The position numbers and the translations under genes are program-made. Positions 56,240 to 64,000 of a DNA stretch of 64,000 nt are shown piece by piece (within the stretch, counting starts at the first letter, position 1; each line of letters opens with the position of its first letter). The notes under the pieces were generated by a model that was not told the origin of the DNA, did not search any database, and saw nothing but the letters and a program-made list of their open reading frames with translations. Source of the DNA: Perkinsela sp. CCAP 1560/9 (Eukaryota; Protista; Euglenozoa: Kinetoplastea). The stretch spans positions 1,178,001 through 1,242,000 of the forward strand of contig CBFFSA010000002.1 of assembly GCA_965644495.1 (NCBI GenBank), in the 5' to 3' direction.

Positions 56240-56958
56240 CGCCCCGTGGCGAACTAAATTACTCCTGATTGAGTATTTTCTGTAGTCACGGACTCAACAA
56301 GCCCTGTGGCGAAACTAAATTACTTCTGAATGAGTGTTCTCTATGGAGTCAAGGACTCAACACGCCCTGCGGCGAAAAAGTCAATTTACTCCTGAATGAG
56401 TATTCTCTGTGGGAGAGTCAAGGACTCAACACACCCTGTGGCAAAAAACTAAATTTACTCCTGAATGAGTATTCTCTATAGAGTCAAGGACTCAACACGC
56501 CCTGTGGCGGAACTAAATTTACTCCTGAATGAGTATTCTCTATAGAGTCAAGGACCCAACACGCCCTGTGGCGAAACCAAATTTACTCCTGAATGAGTAT
56601 TCTCTATAGAGTCAAGGACTCAGCACGCCCTGTGGCGGACCTAAATTTACTCCGGATTTAGTATCCTCTATGGGAGAGTCAAGGACTCAACACGCCCTGT
56701 GGCAGAACTAAATTACTCCTGAATGAGTATTCTCTGTGGGAGAGTCAAGGACTCAACACGCCCTGTGGCGAAACTAAATTTACTCCTGAAAGAGTATTCT
56801 CTATAGAGTCAAGGACTCAACACGCCCTGTGGCGGAACTAAATTACTCCTGAATGAGTATTCTCTATAGAGTCAAGGACTCAGCACGCCCTGCGGCGAAA
56901 CTAAATTACTCCTGAATGAGTATTCTCTGTGGGAGAGTCAAGGACTGAACACGCCCTA
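56240..56958. repeat. Tandem array of ~11 multi-hairpin units of ~64 bp
   Basis: Consensus CGCCCTGTGGCGAAACTAAATTTACTCCTGAATGAGTATTCTCTATAGAGTCAAGGACTCAACA. Confidence 0.97.
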
Positions 56959-57145
56959 CGACAAAAAAAACTGAACTGATCTTTGCTCGTTGGTGCTTGT
57001 GGGTGTTGTGAGCGCGTTCCTTCGGTTGGTTGTATGGCACGCTTCATGTATGGTAATAGTGTCTTTACGAAGAAGGAAAAAAATAGAAAAACTGAAGTGT
57101 AAAGGTTATGTAGTGTTAACTCGACCTTTTCGTAGAATAAAAATA

Positions 57146-57259
57146 AAATTTACTCGAACATTCGTCCGTGCGCTGCAGTTCTGGGGTAGGCGTGCGACCT
57201 CCGCCCGTTGCAGGAAGTGCGCTTCACTGCCCTGAGCAGGTGCTAGTGAAGCATAACTT
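57146..57259. repeat. Inverted terminal repeat (5' end of element)
   Basis: Reverse complement of 50699-50812. Confidence 0.97.
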
Positions 57260-57469
57260 CCTATTACATGGCGCGGTCTCCTTTAACCCTGCTGGGACAA
57301 AGCCGATAGTCGGACGCCGACCCCCCCCCCCTCTTCTTTTCCTGCGCTGCAATACTTGGAAACTTCCTTCCATCACCATTTTCACTACTGCGCAACAATC
57401 AGTTAGTGACCCCGGGATTTGGACCGGTACAGCAGGGTTAAAGGAGACCGCGCCATGTAATAGGAAGTT
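57255..57469. mobile_element. MITE-like element with perfect 40-bp inverted repeats
   Basis: AACTTCCTATTACATGGCGCGGTCTCCTTTAACCCTGCTG at 57255-57294 and its reverse complement at 57430-57469. Confidence 0.85.
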
Positions 57470-57519
57470 GTAATTAGCTTTTTTGACCCCTACCTGGCTA
57501 GAGGGGGTAGGGGGTCGCC

Positions 57520-57644
57520 CGAGTGAAAAGGACCTCGGATTCGGAACGATTGGGTCGAAAAACGGTGGTGTACCAAATATTTCCAAAATCGGACAAAATA
57601 CAAGACCTGTAGGGGGGGGGGGTAAAAGACGCTGAACACCACTG
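57520..57644. mobile_element. Solo end of the Tc1-type MITE family
   Basis: Matches 41253-41372 and ends CCACTG-TA. Confidence 0.8.
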
Positions 57645-58499
57645 TAGAGGTAATGTACTATAAACAAAATAAAGTTTGTATTTTCTCACCATCTGCCTCC
57701 AGCATAGAAATCAACCATTTGCGCTTTTCTGTAAGAAATTTCTTCGAAGGGCGTCTATCCACGTTCACAAAATAATCCATCTTAAGTAGAATAAAAGAAA
57801 AAATTCTTTGGTTTAGAAAAAAATTAAGAAATAGCGTTCGATTAATTTCTGATTTATAAAAATAAATGATCCCGCATAAACTAAATTTTTATAACTCGAA
57901 ATCCATTTATATAAATTAATGAGAGAGGGAGTATTATAGTAGCTGTCTACTTGAGAACTCTTTCGCTTCTCGAGACAGTCGAAGCCAAACCCTCCAGGCG
58001 AAAAGGACCGAAACCAGCTCATCTATTGGCCGCAAAATATATAAAAAAAGTTACAAGGTTACAAGATTACAACAAGGGGGTGACGTATTCAATTGAAATG
58101 ATTTTCCTCCCCGATTCCATATTCTGATACTTTATGACCCATGGACTCAACGGGACATTAGTACAAGCTTGAAGCGCAGTACTGTGTAAAATGGGAGCCG
58201 CTGTGTTAAGTTTCCATCTTCTGCAAGAAAGAGCTGCTCTATCAACAGAGTTCTTCGGAGCATTGCACCACCGATCATAAATAATAATAATTCTCTGCAC
58301 CCTTGTTGATGCTGAGAGAGACACCATTCGGGTGACCGGGATTTAAATGGGTACATAAGACGGTGGACAAGGTACTTTATAGTTTATATCTGAACACCGT
58401 AAGACGGATGGGGTACGTCATTAAGTCTTAATGAACATCTTAAGATGATGTCGCCGTGACTTTTGTGCTCATGACTCCAAAATCATTTTTGAAACTCTT

Positions 58500-58680
58500 T
58501 TAGTCGCTTCGGTAAACGAGGTGGTTGTTTTCAATTTCGAAGGCACCAATGCTGCGCGCTTCGCGTTGAAAACTACCTCCGCGTTTAACGAAGTGACTAA
58601 AAAAGAAATAATTGCCAGGAAAAGGGAAGAAACCAGAGAGAATACAAACGAAAATGACCGACTTTTGGGTAAAAATATTA
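58500..58680 (-). mobile_element. Diverged hairpin terminus of the asymmetric-end element
   Basis: TTAGTCGCTTCGGTAAACG...CGTTTAACGAAGTGACTAA with the same GCTGCGCGCTTCGCG loop. Confidence 0.75.
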
Positions 58681-59099
58681 GTAATATTTTTTAAAAAGTC
58701 TTAAAAAGTCTTTTTCAGTGGATGAAAGTTACTTTAAAGTACTTTTTTTAGTTTTTTTTACTATAAAACTTTCAATTTTTTTTTCCGTTTATCCAAAAAT
58801 TCGGTAGAGTAGAACTTCCATGACCTTTTCTTTGCATTCGAACTTCAGGTTACCTGTTATTTTGGAAATTGAAAGGGGTGAAAGGAATTGAAAGGGGTGA
58901 AGAGGGTGAAAGGGAGTGAAGGATCTCGCATTACGCGAATAGGTACTTTTCCATTGAGTGAGTTGAGAGAGAAAAAAAAGTGCGTAAAGAAAGATAGTAA
59001 AAATGCTACTAAAGTGCAACTGATTCGCAAAGTGCAGTAAAAAGCAAAAAAAGTACGTTATCAGCCCAAATGCAAAATTGAATACAAAACATTTGAACA

Positions 59100-59620
59100 C
59101 CGAGAAAAGAATCGCGCCTCAACTGCCGATGTGACATCGATTGGTGTTGACATTTTCAATCAATTTTCAATAACTACAACACTGTAGACAACTGGAGAGA
59201 TCAGAAAGTTCGAACTCTTAATCACAGTGTCCAAAGTCGACCACCAACGTGTTTCTTTCTTCATGTTCCCGCATCTGACACGACGTGAACAGCAAAGATG
59301 CGCTCAGATTGAAGTTCATCCAATGTTTCCTCAAGCAGAAGCTTGAATGCGGTGGCATCATTTGATGACATAGGCTTGATAGCCCAACACATCGAGATTC
59401 CTTTACGTACGAGTGTCACGGCACATGTCGTGCGGCGGTGAATAGTGGAGGTATCCATACATACACTTACCATACATTGTTGTTCTGAGAACAAGAACAC
59501 GTTCTGGTTCTCATAACCAAAGAACACTGTTCTCAGAACGTCGATAACACGTGGATTTAACTCAGCGGTCGTCATCTCCTCGTGAGAAAGTGTGGTGATT
59601 TTTAGCAACCCTTGTCCTCA
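59100..59620 (-). pseudogene. hAT transposase remnant
   Basis: SVCMDTST (first Asp), VVSDAG (second Asp), then ETRWWST in another frame. Confidence 0.65.
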
Positions 59621-60415
59621 TAAACTATGTAAACCCCCCCGACGGTTATTGTTCACATTTTTTATTGTTCACATTCTTTATTGTTCACAATTTTTTGAAA
59701 TAACCTTGGCGGATCACCGTCTTGATTTGTAAAATCTTTTTGAATTGCAGAAGGAATTTCATCGGGAACCTTCAAAGGAAATAACATATTGTGTTGTTCC
59801 GAGCGACGGTGAAGCAAGCTCTGTTTCAGCGGACGCGTTGTCAGATGATGATTCTTCCAATATTAGCACAAGTGATGCGACACTCAACGAAGCAAGATCT
59901 GAGGAAAATTCTTCTAAAACAGAAGCAAACAAATCTTCTGGAACAGATGACTCCAATGAAACTGAGACAGAAGATAGTTCTGCAGGATCCTCGGAATGCT
60001 ATGGAGTCCTCCTTATCTCGTTCGGATGTTGTTCTTTCTGCATTTAACAGATTAGGTTACCTTCATCCTTGCAAAGCTTCCATTAGAAACATTGATTATC
60101 AAGATACAGTTTCTGTATCTTGTTGGTACATTTTCCTTTAGTTCATCTTTTCTTTCCCCGGCAACGGGCATAATCTTACTGTTTTATATGCCCGTTGCCG
60201 GACGGCACTAAGGCCGAAACTATCCCTCTTTCTCGGCGAAGCAGGGGACGCGCTTCCACCCCTTCACCCCTCCCCGGATCACTCTTTGAGTGAGTTTACT
60301 TCCCTCCCCGGCTTTCTTACCTTCGCGCCTTTCCTTCCCCGGGAGCCATGCGCCATGGTGGCCTCCCTTGAGGACCACTGGGCGTGGCTCTGCCTCTTCT
60401 TATCGCGAGGCAGCG

Positions 60416-60560
60416 GTCGGTTGCAGTGCGCCCCTCCGGCTGCGTAAAGAGGTGGTGAGTTGCCTGGACCGCCTCTACCGACTGGGACCGAGTCGGTTGC
60501 AGTGCGCCCCTCCGGCTGCGTAAAGAGAGGGCGAGTTGCCTGGACCCCCTCTACCGACAG
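60416..60560. repeat. Two-copy direct repeat, period 76 bp
   Basis: GTCGGTTGCAGTGCGCCCCTCCGGCTGCGTAAAGAG...CCTCTACCGAC twice. Confidence 0.9.
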
Positions 60561-61583
60561 AGTCCGTGCACCCTTGGTGCGACATCCGTCATCGCGGAGT
60601 GCGCCGATGATACCTGCCGTCGTATCAAGAACTGTATCTCTGCGCCAACGAGCGCATGGACATCAAACTTGAGGAGCCAGACGATGTGGTACCCCCAGAC
60701 GATGTGGCACAAAGTACGCGAAATGCACGGGAACGCGATAACATCGATCGGGCATCGCATACGTTATTACAAAACAGAATTCCCGCTAAGCAACGCAAGA
60801 TTACAGAGTTTGTAAATGTTCAACAGGACGAAGACAGTGTTGAAGAACCTCCCCCGTAGAAGGGAGGTAGATTGTCCTCTAGGGGCCGAGATAGATGGGG
60901 CTGTCCCATGACTGGAACTCCAATGCTACACGTTTGTAAGATGAAACTACAGGCGCGTTGCCCCCCTCTTAGCCCGGAAGGTATGCAACAACCAGAGCGA
61001 ACTGTCTGTGAAGTAAATACATACATCGCAGTACGGTACTTCGTACTAAGCGTAGTACGGACCCCGTATTTCGTACTAGTACGTACTAAGTACCGTACTA
61101 TCCGTACTTAGTACGAAAGTCCGTACTTCATGCAGTTTGTCTAACAATTTCAAATAAAGAAACCACACTGAAGTAGTGTACCATGTGACGCTGAAGGGCT
61201 GCAACCTCTGTCATGAAGGGCATACATGCTAACACTCACTAAATAAAAGCAAATATAGAAGTAATTTAAAAGGAATATAGAAGAAGCATATGGTGAACGC
61301 ATAAAAATTTGAATCAAAAGACACTCTATATTTATCACTATTTTCTCACTTGCTATGAACTAACGAATAGGTGATCGCCGACACCCGCCCAAAAAATGTA
61401 TAAGAGAACGGAAAGGAAAAGTGAAAGTGATCTAAGAACTTTTAGAAGCTATTTTCATTGAATATATAGAATGCTGTATTTTTTTTACAAAGGTATGCAA
61501 TCAACATCATACATTACAAGATTCCATTAATTTTAGTTTGATACTACGAAAAATCACCCTAAATTAGTCCAATGAGAGGGTGG

Positions 61584-62400
61584 TTACTCTGTAAAATCTT
61601 TGTCTTCGCCTTCGACTGTATCGCTACTTTCGAGAAGATCAAACTCACCTTCCTCGGATGATTTATATTGCGTTTTCGGGCTATGAGTCACTCTTTTAAT
61701 CTTATTTAGGTTTCCACGCAAAAAAATCCGGTCAGCAATCACACGTGGAGGAAGTCTGGATTGTCGAGGACTGTACATATACGACAATATCGATAGCCAT
61801 GAGTCACACTTTGTCACGAGAGGTGGCGTCCAAACGTAATGACGCGCGGCGAAAGCAATAGATGGGAAAAGTCTATCACCCGTAGTGCACCAGTAATCAT
61901 ACTCATTACTGTGCACAGAGGGATCCCACTCAAAGTCAGTACAAGTGACGTACGCTTGCCATTCTATGTCAGTAATAGAAAATAAAGCGTTTCGCTCTGT
62001 TAGTGCTCCTAAACCTCAATCAAAAAGGTTGTTCGCCCGCTGCACACTGATACTCTTCATGTTATATGGGCGCCCGAATTCAGAAATGAATATTGGATCG
62101 AACCAAACAACGTCTTTCCAAAATTCCATGTTATGGTTTTTAGAAAGCCGGGCCATATGATGCTTCAGCGCTTCTTTTAAACCTTCAGGCCCGACTCCTT
62201 CCCCTGAATCCTCGAATAACTGTTCCAAAGTTTCGGTAACGTGCGTCGCTGTAAGTTTCCCATTGAGTTCAGAAAATTTATTCAATGCAACGAAGAGAAT
62301 ATCGCATTCCTTTAAGAAGGTTAAGCACGAATTGCGAATATTTTCAACTCCGTAACGAACTAGAAGCCTTGAACAGTTCACAATAGACATATTATATAGG
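61584..62400 (-). pseudogene. hAT transposase C-terminal remnant (dimerisation domain)
   Basis: DYW...FPSIAFAARHYVWTPP...SPRQSRL...IFLRGN fits the hAT C-terminal pattern; frameshifted upstream. Confidence 0.75.
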
Positions 62401-62468
62401 TCATATTTAAAATATGACCTTCACTGTGTTAGCTTTCTAATAAAACCAGCGATTTAAATTGAAACTTG

Positions 62469-63560
62469 AGGATGACCATCCAAGTGGGTCCGGGGGGTCC
62501 CGGACCAGTACGGACATGGGTCCATGGACTCACATGGGTCCGGACCTGTCGGACCCGCAAAGGTATGACATATGGGATCCGTCCCCACACGCGAACGAAT
62601 ATGAGTGATGGTGTGATGTGGGTCGTCATTATTTCCCGAATGTTTTTACTGCTGCACGACATTACTTATGGACGCCGCCGCTGGTCACCAAATGTGATTG
62701 TGTCTTCCCTGACAGACACTGCCACATCACTCATAGTACTCTGTGTATCGCTGATAATTGGGCACTTGCAGCCAAACGTGTTGATATTGTCTCTGTAAAA
62801 CAGTATCAATTCGCCGGTTACTTGCGACATGAATACGCCATATTGGGACCAACAACAAGTCACATTTCGAAGCAACAAAGTCTTCTCGGTGAAATTAATG
62901 ATGACTCGGATGAAGCTGTCGCATGTCGGTCGTTCATACAGGATGGCATGCGTCGCCTACTTTCTGGTAGTAAAAATCCGCGGGACTGGATCATGTTCTC
63001 CATGATCCGCCCATAAGAAGCGTATTTTCTACGCTGCAGTCGATGCAACAACGGCTCGCTGAATGATTCTATTTTTTTTCAAAAGCTCATCGAAACCTTT
63101 CAAGTAAAGTGGGTTCATAGAATGGTGTTCTCGGTGTTCTGAGAACAAAGAACAGTTCTCAGAACAACATAGTATGACTTACGTCCGAAAATTTAAAGCC
63201 AAAGTCAATGCACGTTTTGGTACGGATTTGCTTGGCGTACTCAATGGTAAGTTCATTCAGCTTTTCTCTTCGAGGTGGGGTGTGGCACATTCCACGGAGA
63301 ATTTTGTGACGAAATATTGGGTGCTTTCTCCCTTTGTTCCGTGCACCACGCATCATAGCTTTTATCGTGCTTTCGAAGATGCCTTTCTGCCGATATATAA
63401 TCGGTCTGCAGACCTCTTGCCGTCAAAAAATGTTTTTTGCTATTCTCAGGGCGCAAATTGCATTCCAACATCTGCTTGTCGCCCTCTGCATTAAGTACTT
63501 GAGCAAAGAATTCTTTACAAAAACTGCCCCGGGTGAGCTTTTCCATCGGAAAAAAGAGTG
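62469..63560. mobile_element. Scrambled hAT-like remnants
   Basis: AGGATGACCA terminus-like motif with GGTCC/GGACC subrepeats; a second FPNVFTAARHYLWTPPLVTKCD copy on the + strand; broken minus-strand ORFs. Confidence 0.5.
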
Positions 63561-64000
63561 TCGTGTATTGTATAGAGGCCTAATAATAAACTGTAATGAA
63601 TACAGACGAATCAAAATCATGATGAAAGAAAATTCTGCGATTCTAAAGTATACGAAGAAAAAAAGTTTTTGAAAGTTTTTAGAAAAAAATTAAAGTAACT
63701 TTAAACATAGCTATTGGTTCAGCGAACCCACTGAACCACCAGCGAACCACGAGCGAACCAAGCGAACCAGTTTTTGTGCTAAGCAGTACCACACAGGAGA
63801 AATGTTTTACTCGATGTTACAAAGCAATATTGAACTTTTCTCTTTTTCCTTATGTATTTAGGGTAATTCATCATGGAATAATCGTCTTTAAAATGTAGAC
63901 AGTTTCATCTTTCTACCAAAACTTTAAATTTCGTATGGGTCGAAGACGTGTTATATCACAGGAAGAGGTTCCAGAACTGCCGCTTACATCTTCCTCTCCG

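Larger units (their letters stand above)
50699..57259 (-). mobile_element. Tyrosine-recombinase retrotransposon (DIRS order; VIPER/TATE-like gene order) with inverted terminal repeats
   Basis: 114-bp ITRs (113/114 identical) enclose gag-like, YR and RT/RNase H ORFs and a 5' hairpin array. Confidence 0.92.

Noticed and set aside
56240-56958. CRISPR array
   Set aside because: Units are repeated along their whole length with no unique spacers, there are no cas genes, and the context is eukaryotic.
56240-56958. Tandem hammerhead ribozymes (CTGAATGAG and CGAAAC present)
   Set aside because: The core would need CUGANGA; here there is an extra base, the motif sits in its own hairpin, GAAA is not conserved among units, and I could not build stems I and III. 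A cleavage assay would settle it.
58860-58922. Telomeric repeat
   Set aside because: Irregular TGAAAGGGG-like units, not TTAGGG; short and internal.

Overview
Eukaryotic, intron-free DNA from a kinetoplastid. The evidence is a KREPA-type editosome protein, a kinetoplastid-type mitochondrial IF3, and all ~20 host genes lying on the minus strand, as in a polycistronic cluster. The expanded LRR family resembles, from memory, that of Perkinsela-like prokinetoplastids; this was not verified. Host genes: EBP2, mt-IF3, SMYD-like SET protein, KREPA (probably MP63/A2), EMC8/9, cyclophilin, bL32m-like, CLP1, REI1/ZNF622, several hypotheticals, and about 9 members or remnants of one LRR family. The intergenic space holds many mobile elements. 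The main candidate system is a near-intact 6.56 kb tyrosine-recombinase retroelement at 50699-57259. It has 114-bp inverted terminal repeats, gene order gag - YR - RT/RNase H, a non-canonical RT motif (MYDS), and a 5' array of ~11 units of ~64 bp, each built from four small hairpins. Also notable: a tRNA-headed SINE with target-site duplication sharing its 3' end with an RTE-like LINE remnant; a decayed bacterial IS30-type transposase; a foldback-like structure with satellite arms and paired tRNA-like cassettes; pogo, Tc1 and hAT remnants with MITEs; and a multicopy ~0.6-0.9 kb element with asymmetric hairpin ends. All family calls come from motif recognition by eye; no searches were run.
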